NCBI GenBank assembly: GCA_002269645.1
Contig: NIVC01003464.1
Coordinates: 1-64,000, forward strand
Direction: 5' to 3'
Length of the DNA stretch: 64,000 bases
Source: Macrostomum lignano
Taxonomy: Eukaryota
The translations under genes were made by a program, and so were the position numbers. Position 1 is the stretch's first letter, and each line of letters starts with the position of its first letter. Below, in pieces: positions 37,471-48,981 of the stretch. The notes below the pieces were generated by a model. That model searched no databases. It was not told where the DNA came from and was given only the letters and a program-made list of their open reading frames with translations.

Positions 37471-37586
37471 ATGAATTTTTACTTTCTAAGAAAACGTACA
37501 GAATGTTCTACCTCTCAGCCCTTCTAAGCGCGCGTTTTTAAATACTACATCTGTATCATACTATAACAGGTTATCTAATAATGAAT

Positions 37587-40500
37587 TTAAACTTCGAGCT
37601 CCACAGAATTGCGAAGATTCATGCTCAGCACACGGCCGCTGCCGCCGCTGCCGCCGCCGCCGCCGCCGCCGACTCCGTAGGAGCTCGGGAAGAATCCGGG
37701 CTCGCTGCGATTCCTCGGCAGGCCGCGCCGGCTGCCAAAGCCCTGAGCTGTGCCGGCGGCAGCGGCGGCCGAGGCGTTTGTCGACACCACTTGGGCGGCG
37801 GTGGCTGTCGCCGGCTCGCAGCTGTTGGTCCGGCTGCGCACCTCCGAGATGAGGCGGCGCCGGGTCTCCGGATAGTCGGCCAGGGCGGTCAACACGGCGT
37901 CGTGCACGGAGACGAACATGACGGATTTGTCAACGAACTCGCAGCGATCCCGCATCCGGCGCACCTGGTGCTTGCAGCCGGCCAGCAGAATCTGCACCCC
38001 GGCCAGCTGGTAGTCGGACACCAAACTCGTCAGGAAGGTCGCCCCGACGCTGTCGATATAGTTCACCCCGGAGCAGTCTACGATCACGTGATGCAGGCCG
38101 CCGGAGTCGTGCTTCTCAACGTCATCGTCTCGAGCTTTGTCAGCTTTAACCACGTCGGCGACCGTTGCCTCTTCAGCCCCATGGTCGTTGTCTGAGTCAA
38201 CGCCGCCGCTGTCCGTCTTGACGTCCACGGAGGCTCGACGCTTCGGGTCGAAGCCGGTCAGCTTGACCAGGCGGTAGCGGAAGTTGTCCACGCTGGCAAA
38301 GTACAGGGCGCCGTCGAAGCGGAATACGACCACGCCAGGGATCTGGGATTTCATTGGTTGCGACGGCAAAATTTTTGGTTGCTGGGGGACTGATTTTAGT
38401 TAGAGACAGGAGCTGTGTGCACCCTGGCGCACTTTAAGCGACATTGTCACACGATTACCGCTGAGAGGCATTACTGCCCATTCCGCCGACTCCCCTGAGA
38501 GCCAAGCCGAGATTCAAATTCAGCCCCAAATTAATGTGACTGCACTTGGAATCGAGCCTGGGCCGCGCTGGACCACCTGGGCCACGCCCCCCCTCAGGGG
38601 ACTGTCTCGGTAATTGTTAGTTTTATTGGCTGAATTCCAGTGATTGTTTAATGCCTTGAGAATGATTCACACAAAAATTTTCAGTGATTCACAGACAAAT
38701 TACAGACGACTATTACTCCCACAAGCTCCACTGCCGTTGTCACCACTGTAAACTCGAACTTCATCACCTAGAGCAGCCAGCCTCACCTGCAGGGCATCCG
38801 GGTAGAACCGGGTGTCCTTGTAGATGTCGGTCATGGGCAGCCGGCCCAGAATGGAGGCGCCAGGCGACTGTGTGCGGCAGACCACCGTCAGCAGGCTGTA
38901 GGCGAACCCGATCACCAAGCCGTAGCTCACGTTGCCAATGACAACGCCTAGAAAGCAAACTAGCCAGATGCTCAAATCGTATTTGGACATTCGGTACAAT
39001 CGGCGAATGTCGGCGAACTGCATGAAGAGGCCTTTCAAAGCCACGATGATTATGCTGGCCAGCACCGCCGTGGGCAGCGGCTTGAACAGCGGGCCCAGCA
39101 CCAGCAGCACGAGCAGCATGAGAGATGCGGCTACCAGGCTGGTCACCTGGGTGCGCCCGCCCATGTCGTCTTGGACCTAGATTGAAGTGGAAGGTTGACT
39201 GCGATTCTGACCTGTTTGCTTTTGAGGATTTTTCTGAGCTGTTGCTTCTGGGGATTCAGATCTGTTTGCTTGTGGGGATTCAGATCTGTTTGCTTTTGGG
39301 GATTCTGAACTGTTTGCTTGTGGGAATTCTGAACTGTTTGCTTGTGGGGATTCTGAACTGTTTGCTTGTGGGGATTCTGACCTGTTTGCTTTTGGGGATT
39401 CTGAACTGTTTGCTTGTGGGGATTCTGAGCTGTTAGTACAGCTTGCAGATTCACATTGATTTGAGCTAGTAGAATCAGATATTTATTTACCTAATAATTA
39501 CGTATTAGATTTGAGTCGTTAATCTGGGACTTGGGAATGAAGACAGGAATTCCTGATGGTACCTGACACAGCAATGTGTTTCATCGCATACTAATGCGTG
39601 AATGCATACACCTGACACTGCCTCACCTGAGATCTGCTAAGCGACCCGGCCGAGAAATAGCAGCCAAAGCAGGCACCAACAGAGTTTACCAGACCGCAGG
39701 CCAGCAGCTCCTGGTTGGAGTCCAGCGGATAGCCGTGCCTGTCAGCGTACAGCTTGCAGATGGAGAAGGTGCAGGCGTACATGATCACAGCCAGCTGGGC
39801 CGCGTCCTGCACCACCTGGGGGAACAGCGACACTGGCGGCAGGCGGGGCGCCGACAGGCCGCTGGGTATGTCGCCAACCACGGCTACGCTGTAAGTGGCC
39901 TGGGCGGGGGGAGATGAAATTCAAGATACAATGTTGTCGGCACACAAGAGAATGGCAGTCCAGCTGAGAGAATGGCAGCCCAGCTAAGAGAATGGCAGCC
40001 CAGCTGAGAGAATGGCAGCCCAGCTGAGAGAATGGCAGCCCAGCTAAGAGAATGGCAGCCCAGCTGAGAGAATGGCAGCCCAGCTGAGAGAATGGCAGCC
40101 CAGCTGAGAGAATGGCAGCCCTGTGGAGAGAATGGCAGCCCAGCTGAGAGAATGGCAGCCCAGCTGAGAGAATGGCAGCCCAGCTGAGAGAATGGCAGCC
40201 CAGCTGAGAGAATGGCAGCCCAGCTGAGAGAATGGCAGCCCAGCTGAGAGAATGGCAGCCCAGCTGAGAGAATGGCAGCCCAGCTGAGAGAATGGCAGCC
40301 CAGCTGAGAGAATGGCAGCCCAGCTGAGAGAATGGCAGCCCAGCTGAGAGAATGGCAGCCCAGCTGAGAGAATGGCAGCCCAGCTGAGAGAATGGCAGCC
40401 CAGCTGAGAGAATGGCAGCCCAGCTGAGAGAATGGCAACTCAGTGGAGAGAATGGCAGCCCAGTGGAGAGAATGGCAGCCCAGCTGAGAGAATGGCAGCC

Positions 40501-43500
40501 CAGTGAGAGAATGGCAACTCAGTGGAGAGAATGGCAGCCCAGTGGAGAGAATGGCAGCCCAGCTGAGAGAATGGCAACTCAGTGTAAAGAATGGCAACTC
40601 AGTGGAGTGAATGGCAGCCCAGTGGAGAGAATGGCAGCCCAGTGAGAGAATGGCAACTCAGTGGAGAGAATGGCAGCCCAGTGGAGAGAATGGCAGCCCA
40701 GCTGAGAGAATGGCAACTCAGTGGAGAGAATGGCAGCCCAGCTGAGAGAATGGCAACTCAGTGTAAAGAATGGAAACTCAGTGGAGTGAATGGCAGCCCA
40801 GTGGAGAGAATGGCAGCCCAGTGGAGAGAATGGCAGCCCAGCTGAGAGAATGGCAACTCAGTGGAGAGAATGGCAGCCCAGTGGAGAGAATGGCAGCCCA
40901 GCTGAGAGAATGGCAACTCAGTGGAGAGAATGGCAGCCCAGTGGAGAGAATGGCAGCCCAGCTGAGAGAATGGCAACTCAGTGTAAAGAATGGCAACTCA
41001 GTGGAGTGAATGGCAGCCCAGTGGAGAGAATGGCAGCCCAGCTGAGATAATGGCAACTCAGTGGAGTGAATGGCAGCCCAGTGGAGAGAATGGCAGCCCA
41101 GCTGAGATAATGGCAACTCAGTGGAGAGAATGGCAGCCCAGTGGAGAGAATGTCAGCCCAGTGGAGAGAATGGCAGCCCAGCTGAGAGAATGGCAACTCA
41201 GTGGAGAGAATGGCAGCCCAGTGGAGTGAATGGCAGCCCAGTGGAGAGAATGGCAGCCCAGCTGAGATAATGGCAACTCAGTGGAGAGAATGGCAGCCCT
41301 GAAAATAGAATGGCAGCCCTGAGAAAATAATAACAACCCAGCGAAGAGAATGGCAGCCAAAATAAGGATACTGTTAGCCCAACGTACAGCCAGACCCAGC
41401 ATTGCTCTCACCTGGAATTGGGCAAAATGCGAAGACAGAGCGCCGGCCACAACAAGCGTGAGCTCCACCGGCACAGGAAAGCGGCACCGCTTGGCCAGCC
41501 GTGGATTGATGAACAGCCTGAACAGCAGCAGCACGCCGATGCACAGCGCGGAGATCACCATGCTGGCTGCGTTGGCGCCGCCGATGCGTTTGAACACGTC
41601 GGCATAGGTGAGGGCCAGCTTGAAGAAGCCGCTGTGCCGGGGCACCTTGATGCCCAGCACGGATGGCACCTGGAAGATAAGGTTTTTTATTGAGGTGTCT
41701 GGCCTTTTGAGTGCTCTTGCACTTTTTTAGTTGTTTTTGCGTGCGCCCTAGGCGGCCATCTCCAGACCAGTTCTGGCTGGTTGGGGGGGGGGGGCGCTCG
41801 TCCCGGCTTGAGTCTTTCCCCGCGGCGGCCACTGATTGGCTGGGCTTGTGTTTTTGTGTTTTTCTTTTCTGGCCCCCAGTCAATCAGATCTGCTCGGCGG
41901 GCACGCTGATTGGCTGAGGGGTCGTTTCTTTTGTTTGGCGTCTCTCTCTCTCACGCTGTCTGCCCCTCTACTCTGTTAAGTGGTATATAGTGCTCAAGCC
42001 TGGCCCAGCCAGCTCCCCGCTCTCCGCTCCGCGCCCCACGCCTAGCTCTCTAAACTAAACCAGCGATACTCAGGCGAGCCGTGTCTATACGGTCTCTTAC
42101 TACGAAGATTCAATTAATTGCGAGCAAATAAAGCGGTCAGGTGGTAGAGATATTCGAACGAGCCTCACAGCTTCTGGCACCGGTAAGACCCCCGAGTTGA
42201 TTCGCTTCTTTAGCTTTTCCGAGGCCTTACCGTAGCAGTGGTTCCATAGCTAGAGCGTCATCACGCCTGCGACTGTGACCACTGCGGCACAGCAGCGGAT
42301 TGTGTATTCTTACCGGTTACTTTATATAGTGTGTACAACCTACAGTATCGAAACTAGAAGCACTCGAGATCACAACACCAGAGGGATCGAACTATTATCG
42401 CAGAGCGTCGTCACGCCTGCTCGCATCCATACAAGTACAGACAGAGCGTCACTACGCCAATACTGTACACAGGCACGCACACGCTCACACAGGGTGTACA
42501 GCAGCCCTTTGACTTTCTAATCGTCAGGCATGTGCACTCTCTGTGTCACGGGTACAAGTTGTAAACAAGTCGTGAAAGAGTCGCCTAAGAGTCAATTTGA
42601 GGCGTTTTATTGTCTGCGACCGTAGGGTCGTATCTGAGGCGTGCCAGAGTCGCTGCAGAATCACTGAGCTGCATCTAAAGCGCATCTGCATCATTTTAAG
42701 AATTAGAATCGCATTTCACATTTATATAGCAACTCTATTTAGTCTACTTGAGTTAGTAGATAGTTAAGCGCTAACACAGCGATACTTAGACGACTTTTTC
42801 ACTACTCTTTTACGATTCTGCAACTCATGTGATGCGTTCGTGACTCAATTAACAGCCGCCTCTTGGTCCAATTAAAGTTGTTTGAGTCGTTGAAAATCCA
42901 CAAGAGAGCCCAGAGTCGCTAGTGAGTTGTTCCTGTCCCGGTAGCTTTTACAACGGGAGGTTTCGCGGCAGAGAGAGCCCACCGAGCCACTCTGACCCAC
43001 AGATACTAAAATAACTAGATGCATGGGCCACTCGGGCATATATACTTTAAAAAAAGCTTTCTACTTACAGTTCAGTAGCAAAGGAGAATACATAAGCTAT
43101 TTTATAAAAATAAAGGCAGCTGAAATGACTTTGATAAGTTTAGAAGCCCCAAGCTTGCAGGCATAAGCAACTTGCCAATTGGTTCAGCCATAATGTACAT
43201 TGGCCAGTCCACTGAAATGTACATGGCAGCTTTAGGCTGGAATTCCGAGAAAGGCAATAAAAATTGAGGCGGGGCGGGTCGTGTGGAAAGGAGCTGGTTG
43301 GAGGGTTTAAGCTGGGGGTAAGAGCCAATAAATGAGCCTTGGCTTAAAAAAATTAATTTAAATTAAAATGCTTCTTTTTATCTTACTACTGAATTGAAAG
43401 TAGCCTACACGCTAATGTGCTGAGTGGCCTATCTAGTTATTTTAGTATCTGTGCTCTGGACCCCAAAAGCAAATGTAAAAATAACTCCAATTGCCAACCA

Positions 43501-45782
43501 ACCTGCGAGGTGAGCACGTGAAACGCTGCACCAGTGGTGAATCCGCTAACCAGAGGCGTGCTCAAATAAGTAGTGATGAAGCCGAATCGAAGCAGCCCAA
43601 GGCCCAGCTGGATGAGCCCGGCCAGCAGGCTGACGCTGAGCGCCACCTCGGTGCGGTAGGCGGCAGCGTCTGGCGCCTCGGTAATCAGCGTCCCGTTGAT
43701 GCTGTCGCCCGTCTCGTTGCCGACCAACGCGGCCAGTGTTGTCGAGGACGGCGGCGACGGAGCGGTCCCCTGGCTGGCGAGGCGAGTGACCGGGACGGCC
43801 ACCATGAGGCTGGAGATGGCGAAGGTGCCCATGCTCACCTGCGTGTGAACGCGAATGATTTTTCGTATACTTTAATAGGCCCTTTAACTCTGACGTCATT
43901 TAAGCTCGTGAGCTGGTTTTTTCCGTTAGGGAATTCTTAGGTGTCATTCGGCTTAGCAAAATAAATAGATTCTTAACGCCGCAGGTGAGAGTCTAGCGCC
44001 AGTTTAGCGCTACAGGTGAGAATCTAGCGCTAATTTAGCGCCACAGGTGAGAGTCTAGCGCCAATTTAGCGCCACAGTTGAGATTTTAGCACCGAATATG
44101 AGATTCTAGCACCAATTTAGCGCCACAGGTGAGATTTTAGCACCGAAGATGAGATTCTAGCACCAATTTAGCGCCACAGGTGAGATTCTAGAGCCAATTT
44201 AGCGCCACAGGTGAGAGTCTAGCGCCAATTTAGCGCCGCAGGTGAGAGTCTAGCGCTAATTTAGCGCTGCAGGGGAGTCTTAAACGCCAATTTAAAAGAT
44301 TTTTCAAGAAACATGACACTCCATTTCCACTAGGGGAGGGGGTAGCCGACACGGCATTATGTTTTGGCATCCGTTTGAAAAATCTTGATGAAAGAATTTA
44401 TGTTTGCGTTGCAGGCCCAATGACAGTTTCGCCAGTTTCGCCAGTGCTTTGCAGAAATAAAGCTTTGCACAGAGACGAATAAAGGTCGTAGACAGAATCT
44501 TTTACAGCATCATAAACAGGACGCAAAAAAACATAACTTACAAACAGCCATTAGCGAACTGGGGTTCATCAAGTTTAGGTCTTGTGAAGTTTAGGTGAAG
44601 TGAAATTGAGGTCTTGTGAAGTTTAGGTGAAGTGAAATTGAGGTCTTGTGAAGTTCAGGTATTTTGAAGTTGACGTCTTGTGAAGTTCAGGTATTTTGAA
44701 GTTGAGGTCTTGTGAAGTTTAGGTGAAGTGAAGTTGAGGTCTTGTGAAGTTCAGGTATTTTGAAGTTGAGGTCTTGTGAAGTTTAGGTGAAGTGAAGTTG
44801 AGGTCTTGTGAAGTTCAGGTATTTTGAAGTTGAGGTCTTTTGAAGTTTAGGTGAAGTGAAGTTGAGGTATTGTGAAGTTTAGGTGAAGTGAAGTTTAGGT
44901 GAAGTGAAGTTGACGTCTTGTGAAGTTCCGGTCTTGTGAAGTTCAGGTCTTGTGAAGCTTAGGTGAAGTGAAGTTTAGGTGAAGTGAAGTTGACGTCTTG
45001 TGAAGTTCCGGTCTTGTGAAGTTCAGGTCTTGTGAAGCTTAGGTAAAGTGAAGTTGAAGTGAAGTTAAGTTGAGGTCTTGTGACGCTTAGGTGAAGTGAA
45101 GTTAAGGTCTTGTGAAGTTGAGGTGAAATAAAGCTCAGCCATTGAGCTTCGCAACCCGCCCCTCCCAGGAACTCACCTGACGCGAAGTGCCGAACAAAAA
45201 GTACAGCAGCAGCGGATAGAATCCCAGGTAGAGGCCGCACACTGGCGGCAAGTCAGCCAGCATAGCGTAGGCCATGCCCTGCGGTATGTTCATGATGCCA
45301 ACAGTCAGGCCAGCTATGATATCCGCCACCAGGTCCTTCTTCAGCTTGTAGTGTCGCATGATTGTCACGCAGGGCAGCAGGCGGAGCAGGCAGTTCAGCA
45401 GGCATCGGCCAGTCGGCTTGTGACAGGCGGCTGCGCCGAAACGTTCGGCTACGCTGCGCGCCTCGCCCCCGAATCCGCTGGGCGCCTTCGGCCGGGTGAA
45501 ATGGTAGCGGGCGTCAAAGCCGGCCTGGGAGAAAATTGGCCGACTGACGTGCACCCGCTTGCTGGTGACGGAGTGACCGTGCGGCCTGCACCGATGGATA
45601 TGCGGCGGTGGCGGCGGCGATGTCTGCTTGGCCTGCTGCGCCTCATGGTCATCGCCGTCGACTTGGGCGACATCGTCGGCGGCGTCAGCTTTGGCGAATG
45701 CAGTCTCGTCCTCCTCGGCTATGCCAGCGTGGTTGCTATCCAGGCGTCTGAGCCTGGCGCTGGCCGAGCGTTCTTTGGGCAT
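37587..45782 (-). CDS. SLC26 (SulP/prestin-pendrin family) anion transporter; complement(join(37587..38342,38787..39176,39627..39899,41412..41669,43503..43838,45177..45782)), ~872 aa
   Basis: [30 protein letters not shown]|[40 protein letters not shown]|[15 protein letters not shown] domain ([27 protein letters not shown]). All junctions GT-AG and in frame. Confidence 0.93.
39235..39430. repeat. Intronic minisatellite, 24 bp unit GGGATTCTGAACTGTTTGCTTGTG (~8 copies)
   Basis: Tandem periodicity. Confidence 0.9.
39948..41335. repeat. Intronic minisatellite, 20 bp unit CAGCTGAGAGAATGGCAGCC (~69 copies)
   Basis: Tandem periodicity with a homogeneous left block and a mixed right block. Confidence 0.95.
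41832..41990 (+). promoter_or_regulatory. Putative Pol II promoter (two inverted CCAAT boxes + TATA)
   Basis: CTGATTGGCTG at 41832 and 41906, GTCAATCAG at 41879, TATATAG at 41984; AATAAA downstream at 42127. Confidence 0.4.
42079..42124 (+). other. Degenerate spliced-leader (SL) exon-like sequence
   Basis: ACGGTCTCTTACTACGAAGATTCAATTAATTGCGAG (42089-42124) matches ACGGTCTCTTACTGCGAAGACTCAATTTATTGCATG, the Macrostomum lignano SL as I recall it, at 31/36. CCGT at 42079 matches the SL 5' end. Confidence 0.65.
42400..42550 (-). mobile_element. Family X copy (reverse orientation)
   Basis: Reverse complement reads CACAGAGAGTGCACATGCCTGACGATTAGAAAGTCA...GTACACCCTGTGTGAGCGTGTGCGTGCCTGTGTACAGTATTGG. 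Confidence 0.7.
42998..43453. mobile_element. hAT-like MITE (456 bp), second copy, inverted relative to 24949
   Basis: Same TIRs and interior; flanks CTCTGACC / CTCTGGAC (imperfect 8-bp TSD). Confidence 0.85.
43981..44270. repeat. Intronic ~31 bp tandem repeat CAGGTGAGAGTCTAGCGCCAATTTAGCGCCA
   Basis: Tandem periodicity (~9 copies). Confidence 0.85.
44570..45125. repeat. Intronic compound repeat built on GAAGTT(G)AGGT / CTTGTGAAGTT
   Basis: Low-complexity tandem structure. Confidence 0.85.
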
Positions 45783-46019
45783 GCCGTGTGTGGCCGGTGC
45801 TGCAATACAATGCACAAGCTAAGTTAATAGCTTGTAAATCTGTCATAAGTTATATGCCATGATAAGAGCGAGCCAAATTCTATATCGCACAATTATAGAT
45901 TAAAATATTGCGTAATAAACTAACTCGTTGGGGCGTTATTGCTTTTCAATAACCTATTTTTGGCCCAAATTATGTTTGAAGTCCGGCCTAAGCCATGATG
46001 GATACATAGGAAAAATTGG

Positions 46020-46790
46020 ACAATTCCTGACACCTAGTTGGGCCACTTCTGACACCTAATTTGGCAACTACTGACACTAGTTAGGCAGTTTCTGATACCT
46101 ACTTAAGCCACTCCTGACACCTACTCGGGCCACTCCTGATACCTACTCGGGCCACTCCTGACACCTACTCGGGGCCACTCCTGACACCTACTCGGGCCAC
46201 TCCTGACACCTACTCGGGCCACTCCTGACACCTACTCGGGCCACTCCTGACACCTACTCGGGCCACTCCTGACACCTACTCGGGCCACTCCTGATACCTA
46301 CTCGGGCCACTCCTGATACCTACTCGGGCCACTCCTGACACTTACTCGGGCCACTCCTGACACTTACTCGGGCCACTCCTGACACCTACTCGGGCCACTC
46401 CTGACACCTACTCGGGCCACTCCTGACACCTACTCGGGCCACTCCTGACACCTACTCGGGCCACTCCTGACACCTAGTTGGGCAACTCCTGACACCTAGT
46501 TGGGCTACTCCTGACACCTAGTTGGGCCACTCCTGACACCTAGTTGGGCCACTCCTGACACCTAGTTGGGCTACTCCTGACACCTAGTTGGGCCACTCCT
46601 GACACCTAGTTGGGCCACTACTGACACCTAGTTGGGCCACTCCTGACACCTAGTTGGTCCACTCCTGACAACTATTTTGGCCACTCCTGACACCTAGTTG
46701 GTCCACTCCTGACACCTATTTTGGCCACTCCTGATACCTACTCGGGCCACTCCTGACACCTATTTTGGCCACTCCTGACACCTACTTAGG
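46020..46790. repeat. Minisatellite, 22 bp unit CACTCCTGACACCTACTCGGGC (~34 copies)
   Basis: Tandem periodicity. Confidence 0.93.
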
Positions 46791-48917
46791 CCGGCCGCAG
46801 TTTCGCACCCGGGCTTTACAATAATGAGTTCTAATTAAGGCACGAGCTGAACTCATTTAAAAATCATATAGGGCTGTATATATTCTGTATAGATCAGATA
46901 TAGGACCGAACAAGTTTAAAAGAAACGAAAAAATCAAACTTACTGGAAATAAGTTTCTGGACAATTTGCGGGAGAATCAGCTGTTAAAATTATTCTGACC
47001 TCGGTAAAAACTGCGAGTACTAATGAGTTTAACACCAATTTATGCTTTTAAGAAACTTAATTAAGCACTTGAACGCACTTGAATAGTTCTAGGAAGCAAC
47101 CCAATAAAATGTTTAAATAGCTAAGTGGGCAGTCCAGCGGAGAGACGAAAGTAGATTTAACATTGCCTGTCAATATTCGCTTAGTTGCTATGCGGTTCAA
47201 TTAATTTCACAGCGGAAATGGCCACTGCGCAAATTTTATCTATAAATTGTTAACAGCCTGGGGGTTGGGCCAATGAATAATCTTCTCTGTCCCGTAAATT
47301 TTCCAACCACCAGGACTAACCAAAGCTGTTTGGGTGATAAACTAGTAATGACTGACAAAAAAAACTCACAGCAGGTATATTACCCCATGTACTGGGCAGT
47401 GGCAAGCTTGCTCTCTATCTACTGCTGCCAATTTCAGTCTGTCTATTTGCCTGAAAAGAAATTCTGAAGTAATTTGCTGCGAACTTTGTGCTAAATTGAA
47501 ATTATTTACACTGTATTGCAGTAACTTTATGCGTAGAAAACATTATTAGGCTTTAAAATAGCTTTAGTTTTATTTCACCAGTAATATATCATTTTCTAGC
47601 CAATGTGTATCTGAATTTGAAAATCTATTTTAATGGCCACTTTATCATTGGGTCTAAAATTAGTTTGAAATCAGGGGCTAGATTAAAAGCCAGATCTGAC
47701 TTTATAGATTTTACCTATAGAGTGGAGTTTGGTGACCCTAACTTTTACCTGATTTTACCAGATATGACCTGCCTTTAGTGTTATCATTATCATTATTAAT
47801 ATCAATATTTTAATTTTATTACACAGTAGACAAAGTTAATTACTAGCAAAGACAAAAATTGCAGAATTTATTCTTGAAAGTTAAAATAATATTTTTATAA
47901 ATTATTAATTTGTTTATAAAAGCTTACACTACAGGTTCTGCATAGATTTTAAATGCATTCGTTTGTTGCATTTAATAGAATAAAGAAATATTTATCTAAA
48001 TCACGATCTAAATCAATCTATTTTCTTGTCATTTTGTATCATTACATCTATAGTATAATTGTATAAACAATGGTTTTTATAAAAAATAATATATTATAAC
48101 GAGACTTGTAATTTTTTAAATTGTCATTCCTTAACAATCAAATGTGCTCAAATCCAGATAAAATATTTTGATATACACAATCACTATATTGGAAAACTAC
48201 AGCAATACATGGCCATGGTCATAATAACCCATAGCTAAATTAATATAAATTTCTTTTCTTTTCGAAAGTGTTTTCACAGTGAGAAAAGCTATTTTCAGTA
48301 ATCTTATTTTCAGTACATCTTATAATAAGCTTCACCAAGGTCCCTAAATGTTTCAATACAAAAAATATCTGCAAATTTTGCTTCAGATATGTCGATCACT
48401 TTGTTTTTGCAAGGGGTTGAACCAAAACTGTAAAAAGTACTAGTACATATCATCCTTATGTTTAAAAAAATTCATATTGATTTTGTCTGATTATAGCGGG
48501 GTCAATCGATTGAGAGACTACTCTAAATTGATATATATCTTTGGGAAATACTAAAATAGAAAAAAATGGAGAAGTACTGTAGCTACCACAGAACGATCAC
48601 TCGAGAACGTCAATTGAATGGATTTAATGGCTTTTTAAATTTAAGCAAGTTTTTATTATTTTTTTATTATCGCAGGCCTTTGTATGAAAGGTTAGTAAAA
48701 CATTCTGTTATGAAATTTAATAAATACATTTTCAACAAATCTGGTAAACACAGAGAAACTTATTGTTCAACAAAGATAAACAATGTTTGTTTTTTCTTTG
48801 GATCTTAAGTTTTTAAATTCATTTTATTTCCGAGCTTACTATATACATTATGATATAATATTATTCATTAAAACTGGTATATTGTTGTTTGGATACACTT
48901 ATTTTGCTTATGGACAA

Positions 48918-48921
<4 letters not shown>

Positions 48922-48971
<50 letters not shown>

Positions 48972-48981
48972 CGTGTGTGTG
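48922..48981. repeat. (GT)n microsatellite
   Basis: Direct reading. Confidence 0.97.
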
